64,000 nt of DNA. Source: Octopus vulgaris. Its lineage: Eukaryota. Under the pieces are notes generated by a model. That model saw only the letters and a list, made by a program, of their open reading frames with translations. It searched no databases and was not told the DNA's origin. Positions 28,415 to 43,542 of the stretch are shown one piece after another. The position numbers and the translations under genes are program-made. Location: assembly GCA_951406725.2 (NCBI GenBank), contig OX597819.1, positions 44,826,001 through 44,890,000 on the forward strand. Reading direction: 5' to 3'. Position 1 is the stretch's first letter. Each line of letters starts with the position of its first letter.

Positions 28415-29140
28415 TCTGGATGGTTGCCTGTCTACAGTGTGTGTTAATCACTGGCTGGTGATGAAGAACTCATTCCACTCGCAAAATACTATATCCTTTT
28501 TCAAGCGATATACTATCGCTGATCTCGTAAAGAGAGAGATAAGTTATATTAAATCGTTGAGCGAGAGATAAACAGTAACAGTACGGAATCGCAAAATATA
28601 TTTACCAAATAAATGTGGCGGTCCTATAGAGGACGGTGTTACTGTTGTTTTTAGCTGCTTAACGACACACAATCTGTGTCCGATTAGTATTTGCGAGGGA
28701 TGTCATCGCTCCCATCTCCTTACATACTACACAGAGATCCTGGTTTCTGGGTGGTTACTCCTCTTCAGTGTGTGTTAATCACTGGAGAGTGATGAAGAAC
28801 TCATTCCATTCGTAGGGGCTAAAAACAATAGTGACACCGTCCTCTAGAGGACCGCCACATTTAGTGGAATTAATTCTTTATCCCTAACCAGTGATTAACA
28901 CACATTGCAGACGGGTAACCATCCAGAAACACGCGTCTGTATATATCACGTAAGGCTGAAGATGAGATCGACGACCTCCCTCACAATTGCTAATCGGACA
29001 CAGACTGTGTGTCGTTGGGCAGCTGGAGGAGATATTCCTGGGCCTAAAAACAACAGTAAAAGTGTCCTCTATATGACCACCACATTTAGATGGCAAATAT
29101 ATTTTACAATACCGTACTGTTACTGTTTATCTCTCGCTCA
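28415..29140. mobile_element. Direct and inverted copies of a Penelope-type terminal repeat with hammerhead-like cores
   Basis: About 28558-28785 is a diverged inverted repeat of about 28887-29139; cagtgtgtgttaatcactgg recurs at about 28435 and 28766; CTGAAGA..GAAAC core on the minus strand. Confidence 0.6.
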
Positions 29141-29225
29141 GAGAAATAGGTATCTCGTCTGCCGCTACGTTCTGAGTTCACATCCCACTAAGGTCGACTT
29201 TGCCTTTAATCCTTTCGGGGTCGAT

Positions 29226-29289
<64 letters not shown>

Positions 29290-29505
29290 CTGATAATTCT
29301 GAGATTGATATATATATATATATATATATATATATTCGTCTCTCCATACTGATGAGTGTGACCTATGGTATAGCTTAATTTAATATAATTATATCGTATA
29401 AATATGAATTAGGTAAACGTTTTTAAATTTTCACTTATTTCCGATTCACTACTTGGCGGTTTGAGTTCTGGCTGCTCTTTCTGGTGGACGAATATATATA
29501 TTATA

Positions 29506-29594
<89 letters not shown>

Positions 29595-31174
29595 TACACA
29601 CACACACACACGTATATATATATATAATAATGTGTGTGTGTGTGTGTGTGTGTGTATGCATAAATACACAAATAAATCCATAAATGTACATGCACACGAG
29701 CACGCGCGCACACAAACACATATGAGAACCACTGTCTTAGTTCAAATACCTCAGTTAATAGTAGTCCTGCAATTGAACATTTTTTGTCCTTTTTTCACTT
29801 CCAAATGCTGAGCAAGGCGCCGAAATTCATTACTCTTCAGAGTCGTTGAAGATATCGAACTTTTCCATGATCTCTTTTATGAATTGTAAATGAAATTAAA
29901 TCTGCGCCTGTAATGAGTAGAATAAATAATTTAGTTATTGGAACACATGTTGTGCCGTTGCAGGCCATTACACTTTTCCTAGCTCTCTAGTTGTAAGTAC
30001 ATTAGATTTTCTCTAAGATAAAATACTAGTCAGAGGTAGTTGTGGTTAGTTGGTAGTTATTTTCATATGTGGTTGAACTCAATAACTGTAAGATTACAAC
30101 TACTGCTACACACATACATATCTATCTCTGAGCCAACAAGGTGCCAACAAGGTATGCAACTTGGTAGAAACAGTAACCGAATATAATCCAAAACTACTTA
30201 AGTTTATTGTTTTTGAAGAAGGAAATACATCTTAGACATTTAGTGTGAGAAAAGAGGAAAAGAAATGTAAGGTGTTCACAACAGGGATGCCAATGCGCCG
30301 ACCCAGGGCCAAACAACTACAGCTGCAATATTTTAGTAAGAGATTACTGTCATTTAACCCCCAAATAAGTATCATTAAAATATTAACCTTAAGCCTTATA
30401 TATATATATATATATATACATCTAATGCAGAATAAAATTTCTTTTCGAAAAAAGTTTTTATCAATGGCCAGCATATTAAAAAATACCTTTAAAGGTTAAA
30501 TTTTAGCTGAAACTGGAAAAATCAAAATCAAAATATATATATATACATATTATATACACATATATACGACGGGCTTCTTTCAGTTTCTGTCAACCAAATA
30601 CACTCACAAGGCTTTGGTCGGCCCGAGGGGCTATAGTATTATGAGGATTGACATGACAAAAACCAGATAACAGAGCGCTGAGTAATTATTATTTTCAGCA
30701 TAGCTACTATATAAGAGTTAAATTTCAGTATATCCGCTGCTGACTTTCGGCTCTGTAGATTCGATTATCTTGTATAATAATACGTATGCATTTATACATA
30801 ACCATACATAGTTACACTTAGACGTCCATGCGCTCATACTTACATAACTCATATATATGTACATAAATACATATACGCATAAGACATGCGGGACTAAGGT
30901 TATACATAGACGTGTTACCTGTTAATTTAGAGATGAAGTTCATATTAAGAAGGAGTGCGGGCTATCTTGGGCTCGGGGTCGTTGCATCACGCCACGTTTC
31001 GATATTTATGTTTCGCATTGCAAAAATAAAGAGAGAGAGAGTTCAGAAATACTTAATGAGCAAACGGGAAATTACAGCTGTGAACCTTCCGCCCAAATGC
31101 GATCGTGGATGTCAGTAATGTCATATATATACTAACACGCACACACACATATATGGTTGTCGTCTGTCTGTCTC

Positions 31175-31227
<53 letters not shown>

Positions 31228-31429
31228 TGTGTGTATCTTACTGTGTGTGTTTGCATGTGTTCATGTAAATGTGTATGTATACATATACACATTATACAAT
31301 AGAAGCAAAAAAAAATAAATAAACTGCTGAAGATAGCTTACCCTTCTTAATACCTGCCTTATGTTGTTTAAATTGCATATGTTGGTAGACTAAGTTTTGT
31401 AGCCCTTCTTCATGTCCTTTTTCAGTGCA

Positions 31430-31930
31430 GGCAAATAATGTTTTTCAAGCAAAAGCAAGGTGCTGCCATTCAAATTTTTGGGAAGTTAGTCGAGCAGGTT
31501 GTCCGATATCTGCAGAAGGCAACAGGTTGTTTCAGAAGTGACGCCATTGATACAAGCAATGTGTACAGATGGATGATGATACTGAAAAATATCAAAGACT
31601 ACATAAGAAGAAAGCGACTAAACAAGGCTATAAAAAACTACCCCCATTCATCATGGCAATGCACGACTGATAACCCTTTTCACACAAACCAGGCAATCGG
31701 AAATTAAGACGATCAATTGTCCTCCATAGTAAATCCCGGATCTGGTGTCGCCTAATTTCCAACTGCTTAGTCCAAACAAAAGCAATCTTCGTGGATAACA
31801 ATTTGTCGAGAAAAAGAGGTGGTCGTGGCTGTGAAGAAGCTACTACGATTGAGCTCACTTGAATTATTTTATAGAAGATTCGTAACTTAGGTTCAACGGT
31901 GGCGCGATGCATTGCCTATTACGAAATTTA
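31430..31930 (+). mobile_element. Degenerate mariner transposase remnant
   Basis: Broken frames give HHGNAR (HDNARPH-like) and PDLVSPNF (SPDLAPSDF-like). Confidence 0.55.
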
Positions 31931-32164
31931 TTTTGAATAGTATCTTTGTATTAAAGAAGAGATATTATGAGCAATTTAAGCAACAATTACCAGTTAGTAA
32001 AAATATCAAGCCAACTTCTGCATTTCTAGCTGTGGCCCTTTCAGTATATGTATGTATATATGCGTGTGCATGGTGTATGCATACAGGGCTAAAAGTTAGG
32101 GGGACGGGACTCGTCGATTACAACAACAATCCCAGTGTTTCACTGTGTCTTTAGCAGAAAGGAT

Positions 32165-32620
32165 TCTTCTTCTTCTTCTTCTTCTTCTTCTTCTTCTTCT
32201 TCTTCTTCTTCTTCTTCTTCTTCTTCTTCTTCTTCTTCTTCTTCTTCTTCTTCTTCTTCTCCTTCTTTATTGCCTTTGCACAGCTTCTAACGCTGGAGAT
32301 GCACTGTTCACTGAGGTAACACCCCATATTTTTCGAGCACCATCCGGAATATTCGAGCGGTTCCAAGCAGTGCTGTTTTCTGCAAGTGTTCCACCGTTAT
32401 TGCGGACCCTATTTGTTCTATGTACTTCTCAAGTTTTTTGCTCACTGTTCTCAGGGCTCCGACAAATATTGGTTCTACTACCACCTTTTTCATTGACCTC
32501 AACTGTGCTTCACCTCCCAGGTTCTGTCATATCTATCAATTTTCTTTCTTCCTCATCGCATAACTTCTAGTCAACTGGGCATGCCATATCTATGATCCAG
32601 CATCGTTTGCTTTCTTTCTC
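32165..32620 (-). mobile_element. RLE-type LINE 3' end with (GAA)n tail
   Basis: KRCWIIDMACPVD and LQKTALLGTARIFRMVLEK motifs; (TTC)n at 32165-32260 on the plus strand. Confidence 0.8.
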
Positions 32621-32639
32621 AATTATTATTATCATTGTT

Positions 32640-32682
<43 letters not shown>

Positions 32683-32712
32683 CCATCGTCGTCGTCATCA
32701 TCGTCATCATCG

Positions 32713-32809
<97 letters not shown>

Positions 32810-33061
32810 TATTATTATCATCATCATCTTGTGGAACGCACAATAATCAAGGACGGCAGACTATATCTACCGAATATATGTAATCTTTCACAACAAGCAA
32901 TCCAATCGCATGAAATGTCATTAACAAGATCAATCACACAGCATAGGATTCTAAACGAATTAAAAAAAAAAGATGAGAGAAAGAACAATAAAACACCTGA
33001 TTTCTCAATTGTATTTTAAACGCTGAATTGAGAACATCTTTACTTAGCCCAATAAAATGCC

Positions 33062-33110
<49 letters not shown>

Positions 33111-33174
33111 TATATATACACGCACACATATATATATATATATATATATACACATACATATATATATATATACA

Positions 33175-33217
<43 letters not shown>

Positions 33218-33301
33218 GTCTGCTCGCTCAGCCAGGGGGGGGGGCGTTGACTAGCGATGGGTAGCAACATTTGATAGCCTGGTCGACAACGGTCCTCACA
33301 T

Positions 33302-33339
<38 letters not shown>

Positions 33340-34352
33340 CAGCTAAAATTGAGTCTGATAACGTAAGGAAGTAGCTACCTTTAATAAGTGCCCAATTTGA
33401 TTGATCAACTTCGAACGAGTCTATAGCAAAGTAGTTTTGCAGCCGCCTAGCAATGGGCGACTATAAGTGGTTTATCATTGAGCAGGTACATGTACAGTAT
33501 ACTGAATATATGAAAAGTCTCTCACTCTGGCGATAGATCAAACGCCTAAGAATCTACACCATTCTTTCCTTTTGAAAAGAGAATAGGTAGCTGCTATACG
33601 TATAATTTTCCTATCATTTACAAGGAAATGCACCATATGCACATCTATTCTGGAAACAGGTGTAACAGAATATCAGCTCACGTTTATCCTTATATAATAT
33701 GACCAACATTTTTGTAACTACCAAGTAATTATGCTTAAATACATAAATGCCAGCATCTTAAGAGGAACCAGCTGTTTGCATATTCGTCCATTCAATGTAT
33801 TTTATACGTACATACATACATACATACATGCATATCTACATGCATATATGCACACACACGCACACGAACACACACAAACACATATTTGTATATATATATA
33901 TATATGTGTATGTATGTGTCTGTGTGTGTGTGTGTGCCTGTCGGTGTGTGTGCCTGTCGGTGTGTGTGCCTGTCGGTGTGTGTGTGTGTACTTATGCTGT
34001 ATGTCATTATTTATTTTATTTCAAGATTCCTTGCCAATAGAAAAAGAGACTGTTTCTGTTTCTAACGCAGAACCAAGGCTCCTACATTGGAATTTCAACA
34101 TCTACAATAGGGTATTTTTGTATGTCTGTCTGTCTATCTGTCTGTATGTGTGTATGTATGTATGCATATATATATATGTATGAATCTATGCGTGCATGTA
34201 TGTATGTATGTATGTATGTATGTATGTATGTATGTATGTATGTGTGTGTGTGTGTGTATACGTACAGATTTGTATGTTTTGTTTTATGTATGTCTTCTCA
34301 TGCATATACTTGCATATCTAGACATTCTCATATATACCTAAATGCACGCATG

Positions 34353-34383
<31 letters not shown>

Positions 34384-34720
34384 GTATGTATATGAGTACG
34401 AAGCGTTCTCCAAACGATGGGGCCCTACTCATAGCTATCGTAATGTTATGACTAGTCTCTATTGCTACTCAGAACTTCGCGAGTGACACACAACGCATAA
34501 CTCAATGTTAGGCCATCAACGACATTCGAGAAAATTCGCGTATCATCTGACAGTAAACCCAGTTATAGTAATAATATTAATAACAATAATAATACCAAAT
34601 ACAACAACAAAAACAATAATAATCTTAATGATTTAGATATATAAATGCATATATATATTCATATATACATCATGTTCGTATATATATATATATGTGCGCG
34701 CGTGTGTATATATATATATG

Positions 34721-34838
<118 letters not shown>

Positions 34839-34886
34839 CATGCACACAGACACACAACCACCCCAGAATGTATGTCTTTGTGCGTT

Positions 34887-34934
<48 letters not shown>

Positions 34935-35181
34935 CACATGCATGAGTATATAAATATGTTAGCATACACACATAGAGGCACACACACACACACATACACA
35001 AACATATGTACATAAATATTGATACGTGTGTATGCGTCTACGAGGACTCGTCTGTATACTTCTTTGTAAGTATGCGTCCGTGTGGTACGTACGTTCGCTC
35101 GTGTATTCCGTATGGGGTGTACTTGCGTGTATTTGCGTGTACGTGCGAGCATGTATGCATGTGCAGCTGCGTACGTATGTT

Positions 35182-35216
<35 letters not shown>

Positions 35217-35461
35217 GCTGGTGCGTGTGTTGTGGAATGTAGTGTAGTAGAATTTGCTGGTTTATTATTTATTTTTTACCAAAAAACTCAGGTTTCTTTT
35301 GATGTAGAGCCGCCTTCAAAAAGTAAAATGAAAATAAATAAAAAATAAATAAAAATGAAAAATATATATTTTTACTATTTGTCATTAATTTTATTCATTT
35401 GTCTTTGATTTTATATTTTATTAATGATCCGTTTGTTATTTATTTTTTCCTTGTCATTTAT

Positions 35462-35539
<78 letters not shown>

Positions 35540-36109
35540 GTCGTCATCATTACTATTATTTTCATTATTATTATTGTTGCTGTTGTTGTTGTTGGTAGTG
35601 TTGGTGTTGTTAATACTACTAATATTATTAGCATGTTATTATTAGCATTTATTTATTTGTTTATTTGCTTATTTATTTATTTTTTATACCGAATGTCTTT
35701 GATGTCAAATAACCGTATGTAAGCTCCTGCTTGATTTATGCAGCTAGAGAGTATGAAATTGGACAGAGGGCACTGGTGGACGATAACAAACAACTAAAAC
35801 AAAACAAAAATTGCAGGAAACAAAGCTAAAAAAAAAACTTAAAAATTATATATATATACAAAAAAAATAAGAAAGAAATTAACAAAAAGGGCGAGGCGAT
35901 CTTTGGTTGTGGGGGAGCGGTAAGAGGAACAGGAAACAACGAAGGTAGCATTGAATGTGATGATGATGATGATGACGACGACGACGACGGTGATGATGGT
36001 GATGATGATGGTGTTAGTAGTAGTGATGTTGACTATACTGGCGATAGCGGAGGTGATGGCGATAATAATACATGGCGGGTGACCGTAGAGGTGCTTGGTT
36101 GTGTGTGAT

Positions 36110-36692
36110 GAAAAGAAGGACAAAAATAAAGATGTCATTGAGAGAAAGCATTTGAGACAACGGGAAAGTAGAAAGAGGGGAGAGAAAGAGAGAGAGAGAA
36201 AGAAGGAGACAGGAGAGAGAGAGAGAGAAAGAGGGGTGAGAAGGAGAAAGAGGATAGTAAAAGAGAGAAACGGGATAGTGAGAAAAAGAGAAAGCGAGAG
36301 ATAGAGAGACGAGACAGAGAAGGGCTTCGGAAAAAATAAGACTGATTAAAAACTATAAATAAAAAAAAGCATAGAAATGAGCAGAAGAAAAAATGAGGGA
36401 TAAAGAGACTGTGAAGGAAATATAAAAAAAAACGAGAAAAATACAGTGTGAGAGAATAAAGAGAGTCAAGCAGAAACATCTACAGAGTGAATGAGGGAGC
36501 GAAAGACGGATGGAGACAGAGAGAAAGAGAAGAGGAGAGGAAGAGGGAAGGAAAGAGAGATGTTTGAGTGTGTGTTTGAGAGAGAGAGAGAATGAGAGAG
36601 GGAGTGAAGCTAGAGAGCTACAAAGACAGAGGGTGAGAGAGAGAGAATCAGAGAAGTGTGTGAGGGAATTAAACAGAACAGTGGAAAACCTT

Positions 36693-36780
<88 letters not shown>

Positions 36781-37000
36781 TGAGGGGAGAAGGAAAGGGA
36801 GAGAGACGAGTAGAGAGGGAAAGAGAAAGAAGGAGAGAGAGAAAGAGAAAGAAGGAGAGAGACAGGTACAGATTTAAAGAGACAGCATGAAAGAGAGTGA
36901 GGTGAACAAAATATGAAGTAAAAGGCAGAGAGGAACCAAGAGAAGGACAGAGAATGATTGAGAAAGTGAAAGACGGAGAGAGGGTGAGAGAGACTGAAAA
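36110..37000. repeat. Long purine-rich (GA) low-complexity tract
   Basis: Plus strand is strongly enriched in A and G, with a pure (GA)n core at about 36696-36768. Confidence 0.9.
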
Positions 37001-37305
37001 GAGCATAACGAGTGGTGGTGTATAGGAAGGCGGGAAAAGAAAGATGGTAGATGGAGTGGAAAGTGTCGATGAGTGCAATAGAGAGCACTGGAAGTGTCGG
37101 GGTGTGGATATCGGTGAGGTTGATGATGGCGGTGGTATTAGGTGGTGAAGCGGAGACAAACACGGGTTTATAGTGGAAATGAAAAGGTTTGTAACAAGCT
37201 AAATGTAAATTGGTTTGATGGGAGACAGACATAGATAAACGTTCGAGAGCGCCGCGCGTGTGTATGTGTAACAGAGAGAGAGAGAGGGACTAACAGAGAA
37301 GGAGG

Positions 37306-37349
<44 letters not shown>

Positions 37350-37611
37350 AGTGAAGGAAAGATAATGAAACAAAGACAGAGGGGGAAACCGTAAGATATA
37401 GGAGACCAGTCGTCATCAGAAGCAATTCTTTGAGTTTGTGATTGTATGAGCTAATATACAAAGGTAGTTAGGCTGGCGGGAGACTGACAGACAGACAAAT
37501 ATAGAAATACTCACGTACAAATTACACAGACACACACACACAAGTTATGCACATATATATATATATGTGTGTGGGTGTGTGGGTGTGGGTGTGCATGTGT
37601 GCGTGCGTGTA

Positions 37612-37849
37612 TCTTTAATCTTTTACTTGTTTCAGCCATTTGACTGCAACCATGCTTGGGCAACGCCTTGAAGGGTTTTTTAGTCGAACAAATAGACCCT
37701 AGGACTTTTTTTTCAAAGCCTAATACGTATTCTATCAGCCTCTTCTCCCGAACTGCTAAGTTAAAGGGACGTAAATGCACCAACACCGGTTGTCGATCGA
37801 TGGTGGGAGTCAAACGCAGACACACACACACATGTACACACACACATGT

Positions 37850-37902
<53 letters not shown>

Positions 37903-38052
37903 AGGTTCTTTCAGTTTCCGTCTACCAAATCCACTCACAAGGGTTTCGGTCGGGCTGAAGCTATAGAAGACACTTGCCTAAGGTGCCAAGCAGTGGGACT
38001 GAACCTAGAACGATGGTGTTGGGGAATAAACTGCTAACCACACAGCCACACG
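37612..38052 (-). mobile_element. SINE family A
   Basis: Reverse-complement match to family A head, core and tail. Confidence 0.8.
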
Positions 38053-38302
38053 TTTATGTACATATATATATATATGTACTTAGTTTGATTTGAAAACCCC
38101 ACTAGAATGGGAGAAAGCGCTAATGATCTAAATGATATGATATATATTTATAAAATGTAATATACAAATAGATATCTGTAAATATAACCCATCCGATTTT
38201 CTGTGTACCCCATTTCTTCTAATATATATATACATATATGTATGTATATATATATATATGTATGTATATATATATATATGTGTGTGTGTATGTATGTGTG
38301 TA

Positions 38303-38342
<40 letters not shown>

Positions 38343-38838
38343 AAAGACCATACCGTACGAACGCCCCTATATTTTTTTATATATAGAAAATATAAAAATG
38401 GGAGAAGTACGCAAAACATTCAGACAGTTAGGTGATACAAAAATGGGACAACAAAACATCCAGACAGATGATACATAGAAAACAAGGACTGGTCATTCGG
38501 AGTTTTCTTTCGTTAGTCGAGTTTCAGATTATCTTTACAATTTTAGCTGATTATACCCGAGATTGCTCCAATCTGGCCAGCCCCAAGGAAAGACTAAGCT
38601 AAGAGCACTAGATTCATTGAAAGAAAGTAGCGAATGTATACGAAAACAAGGACAGAAAAAACGGAGAAATGGTATGTGCATATATTATGAATATAGGAGG
38701 CTTGCTGCAGAACAACAACAACTGTAAAATTGAGCGCCTCAAGAATCTTTCGGCATGTAATCAAGCTATAAGCATTGCACTTAAAAAGAAAGCACATCTG
38801 CAGACATAAGTGATGCGGATATATATATATACATATAT

Positions 38839-39260
38839 ATGCCAATATATGCTATCTTCCGTACAGACAGAAGTAAAAGAAGTCACAGAGGAGTTGCAAT
38901 ATACATCTGCGAAGATTTCACACTAACCCTGTTATCGAACACGAACTCGTTGTGTGACACACTCATAGTACATCTAAAGTCATTTGATATAATGATATAC
39001 CCACTATATTGCCCACTTGATGCCTCAAATCATAATGGAAAATTTGAGGAAAGCCTCAGTGTGATAAAAGAAGTACTAACGCAATTGGATGAATGCACTA
39101 CTATTTTCCTGATATGTGACTTCGACTTCTCCAACATCAGGTGTCTTGAGGGCAATATAACCCCAGGAATGACTCACAAGGGGTGAAATCAAGCAGAATC
39201 TTCACTTGATCTTACGAAAATGCTATTCATAGAGCCGCAAAGGTGGCACTCAAATCCTAT
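38839..39260 (+). mobile_element. LINE APE endonuclease fragment (CR1-group-like)
   Basis: YAIFRTDRSKRSHRGVAIYI and IFLICDFDF resemble the R.DR..GGGVAIY and GDFN motifs of the apurinic-like endonuclease. Confidence 0.75.
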
Positions 39261-39429
39261 CCAGCCTTAATATCTATAAGACTTATATATCTATAAGTCC
39301 CTTGAAAACAGATACTCCAGCAGGACTGGCCTAAAGGCCTCTCTATGCAAGACATATATATGAAATTCAATAAATTCATATCAATAATGCGAGGCATATG
39401 CATTAAATATGTCCCAGAGAAAAGAGCCA

Positions 39430-39975
39430 ATACACACAAAAACATAATTCCTTGAGACAGGAGTCGTAAGTAGTAGCATTCTGCTTGGCTTGGGTGAACA
39501 CTGTAACCTCTTTCAAGAGCGTCAGCCTCACGATTCCTCTTGTGCTATTTATTGTTTCTCCACATGTAATATTTGGGTAATTGTGCGTAAGGGAGTTTTC
39601 TTGCATCTTCATTTACTTGCCACCATAACTTAAAAAAGACAGTCAAGGTAGTATCTCTTGGAGAAAGTGCTTGTGCAAGGCTGGTTTTTGTTTTGTAAAG
39701 ATAACCCCTGTGGCCATTCTCTAGGTGGATACTTAGATGAATGATGGCTGCGTGCCTCTCATGAATGGGGAAATTGAAGATGCATCAAAAAGCCTCATTG
39801 TTACTGATGTACGTTTCTGTCATACTATGCATCTTCGTCATTTTCATTTACCTATTGACTGCCATTCTGCGTGACTGTGTGTTGCAACATCTAAACCTTT
39901 GTTTATATATTTGCAAACACACTTGATGGAGTTAACAGAGTTGTAGAATTCAACATTGACACTGGCTCCCTGTAC
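39430..39975 (-). mobile_element. Helitron RepHel coding remnant
   Basis: Collinear motifs VNVEFYNSVNSIKCVCKYINKGLD, FPIHERHAAIIHLSIHLENGHRVIFT and ALERGYSVHPSQAECYYLRLL, separated by frameshifts. Confidence 0.85.
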
Positions 39976-40674
39976 TTGTGTTTGCTTCACTGTAGAATAC
40001 TGATCATCTACAACTACCCTGACTCTTCTTGCAGAGAGTGAGAACATAGTTCTCGGAAACTTCTGTGAAAATTAAAATGGGGATGAAATGAAAAACTGAG
40101 TTACGTGAATATCTTCACAAGAGTGATTGAAATAAATGGTGATTGTGGTAAGTCGCACGCACGCACACACATACGGTATCAAACATCAGATGATATGGAC
40201 GTGTGAGAGCGAGTGAAGGTGTGTGTTGTCATGCATAAATAAGCATAGATATTTTTTGTATAAATATATGTGCGTGTGTGTGTCATAAAGAGAGAGTATC
40301 TGTGTGTGAGTGCCACTTAGACATATCTCTCTCTCACACACACACACGCACACATATATACAAAAAGATGTATGCATATGGATTTATGTATGTACATATA
40401 CAATGTATATGTATTGTCACTCACCCTCTCTCTTTCTCTCACACACATGTAAATGTATACAAACGTACATACAAAAACACACGTGTGCATGTGTGAGTGA
40501 CTACAAATACATAGAGCTGAACACAGCGCGCAAAACGTAAATAAATAAATAAATTTTACGGAAATTAACGAAGTGTGCGTGTTCAAGCGAAAGAATGCCC
40601 ATATTTTTTTGGACGCCCCATATAGAATTGCAAAATTCTAATGTAATATTTGCGTAATAACGAAATCAAACCCA

Positions 40675-40729
<55 letters not shown>

Positions 40730-40746
40730 TGTGTGTGTGTGTGAGA

Positions 40747-40791
<45 letters not shown>

Positions 40792-40793
40792 AG

Positions 40794-40825
<32 letters not shown>

Positions 40826-41589
40826 ACATTGCAAACAATAACTGAAATAAATATGATATGAAAAAATCGTATAAATACAAGCTCGTTAAAAGCTATCTGG
40901 TACCGAATATTTAAATTTGTGAACTTGGTACATATTTCTTTCAGTAATTTATCGAATTGAAACTTGAAATGAAAACATTAAAATAGAGAGTGAGAGGTTT
41001 CACAAATGAAAACAGAAAATTTCGCCGTTGCTACGTCAATACCGAAAGTTGACATCGAGAAACCTTTTTAAAGAAGTGAATCATATAGATAAAGCGATAT
41101 TATTTATTAAACTAAATAATAAACTGAAGACCCTATCATATATCCGAGGTCAAATTATTCATGCATCCCAAGTATGGAAGCAATTCGCGCAGCCGCTTTC
41201 GCATGAAAAGCGAATACACACAAACACACACACACACACAGAGGTTTATTTTATATAAGACACACACTCTCACACACACATAAACATATACACACACATA
41301 CATACATACATACATACATACATACATGCATACATACGCATAGCTCTCCCTCTCTTTCTCATTTCTCGCTCCCTCTCTCTCTCCCTCAATCTACCTCTCC
41401 GACTAGCTGCATCATCGCCACGCTCTTCGATCATAAAATTGCTTGATAACGTGAAGTGAGATAACCCTACATCTTCAAAGATCAGAGATGCTCACCTGTA
41501 AGGTGATCAATCAAACGGCGTAAATTTTCAAAAAATTTAGCAGAGTCTCTTCGCCATATATTTGTTTGGTAGATTTCTTTTATGTCTGC

Positions 41590-41900
41590 GGCCATGATGG
41601 GGCACCACCAGTTTCATTACCTTTTTAATCGCCATTCTCACGTAGTTGGCTTTTGGTGAATGAAGGAGCTTTTTATTGCTCACCTGGTATCAGTTGCCCA
41701 GCTGTGATGTAGCTTCATCTGGGATCTTGGACAACAGAGCGTCAAGAAGATTCTTGAAAACACCGACTCATGCCGTGAAATCGCGCAGGTTTCTTCGCAA
41801 GTTATTAAATAGCTGAGCCTTTGAATGCCAAATTATTGTAGTACAATGGACTCACTCTACACAGGGTCTGTGGGACCTTTCAAATAAAGCTATCACTCTC
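41590..41900 (-). mobile_element. CR1-group LINE 3' end, degenerate
   Basis: Minus strand QLFNNLRRNLRDF..VFKNLLDALLSKIPDE. Confidence 0.65.
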
Positions 41901-42049
41901 TCTAAGTAGCTTATCGGTTATATTTATGGGGTATACATACACTCACACATATAATACATGCTCACATATATGTGTCAAGTTTGATGCCCCTTTCAATCCA
42001 TAAGCGTACTAACACGTACCAACACGAGCGTTGAAGCTTCGCATAAGGA

Positions 42050-43160
42050 TGAGTTTATCTCTATGGTAACAATTGGAGATGACATCAGAGAGTTGGTTGT
42101 AAAATTCATCCTTTTCCTGCTCAGTGCTTGGCCATGGTTGGGGCTTAGCAACTGACAAGCGTAGCACGGGGCATAGCGGCTGACAACGTTAGTGTCATGA
42201 TGCAATCGGAAACACCTTTGGGCAGAGAAACAAGGGATCCAGCTATTTCTGTCTTGATGGCAATATAAATATCAGAGTGACATGGTTCATGTTCATTTCT
42301 TCCACACCAGAAAAATACGTATCCACCATTACTTTCTTCGAACTGTGATGATCCTGCAAGACAAGTTTCACTGAGTGCATCTATGTCAATGTTGTATTTC
42401 AAGAGCAACTAGTGATGCTTTTCGTTCTGGTGCTGAGAATTTGTCTTGGAGAGTGTGCACATTCCAAGAACCAAAGTTAATATTCTTAGATTTATTTATG
42501 TTTTGATTGCGTAACTGAATAACCAACCAGATAGCCGCAGCGGGATACCAAATTTTAGATAAGTAATGTTTAGGACTACTTTCCTTGCTCCTCCCCTCTC
42601 TAACGGAAAGTAGTGCTGTGTCAAAATAGACATGCCTTGTCACCACTGGAGCACACTAACAATACAGTTTCACAAAAGTTGTGCTAGAACGGCCATCACC
42701 CAATAGTCACCGACTGTGTAAAAATCCACCAAGAGGCTTCCAATAATATCATATAGCTGTCCCCGGCGCTTCCACTCTCTCCCCAGAGGACTTATTGATT
42801 TTTGCAAGTCGAAGCTGTGCCGCATCGAAGGAATAAATGTAAGTTGTCAGAAAACCCACACAAACGATTTGATTTGAGTGTCGCATGAACCAGCCACACT
42901 TCTTGGAAGTAATGATAGCAAGAATATGAAGCACATATGTGTCACAATACACCTCAGGATTTTTCTTCAGAGGTTTCCATCTCCTAGACGAGCCGCAATA
43001 GACAAGCTGGAGAACCTAGTCTACCCCATGTGTCAGAGTTTGCTGATAGTACAGCCCTGTTAAGGAGACCCTCAGCAACCAAAGACCTGGTTAAATATCA
43101 GAGTTTCCCTCTCCACGATCGGATGCCTTCATCACAGTAAAGGAGACCCATCAGCCCGCT
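42050..43160 (-). mobile_element. RTE-clade (BovB-like) LINE 5' UTR and APE endonuclease N-terminus
   Basis: FGSWNVHTLQD..PERKASLVALE, YNIDIDALSETCLAG, GYVFFWCG and SDCIMTL are RTE endonuclease motifs; upstream repeated tctaggagatggaaacctctga-type motif. Confidence 0.85.
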
Positions 43161-43207
43161 AATATATGAAATTAATTACATCAAATTTAATACACACACA
43201 CACACAC

Positions 43208-43312
<105 letters not shown>

Positions 43313-43360
43313 TATATATGGAAAGAAGAAGTGTATTCCCACAGAGGAAAAAAAAATATA

Positions 43361-43478
43361 GGAGAATTTGTTTTGGGGTTTGAAAATGCACCCGAATCTG
43401 AAAAGCGTGTAGATGTTTTTAAATAGATTTATTTATGTACCAAACTAGTTCTGACAAATTTTTGCTCAACAATGGTAC

Positions 43479-43542
<64 letters not shown>

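Noticed and set aside
29349-29355. CTGATGA hammerhead core
   Set aside because: No helix II or downstream GAAA.
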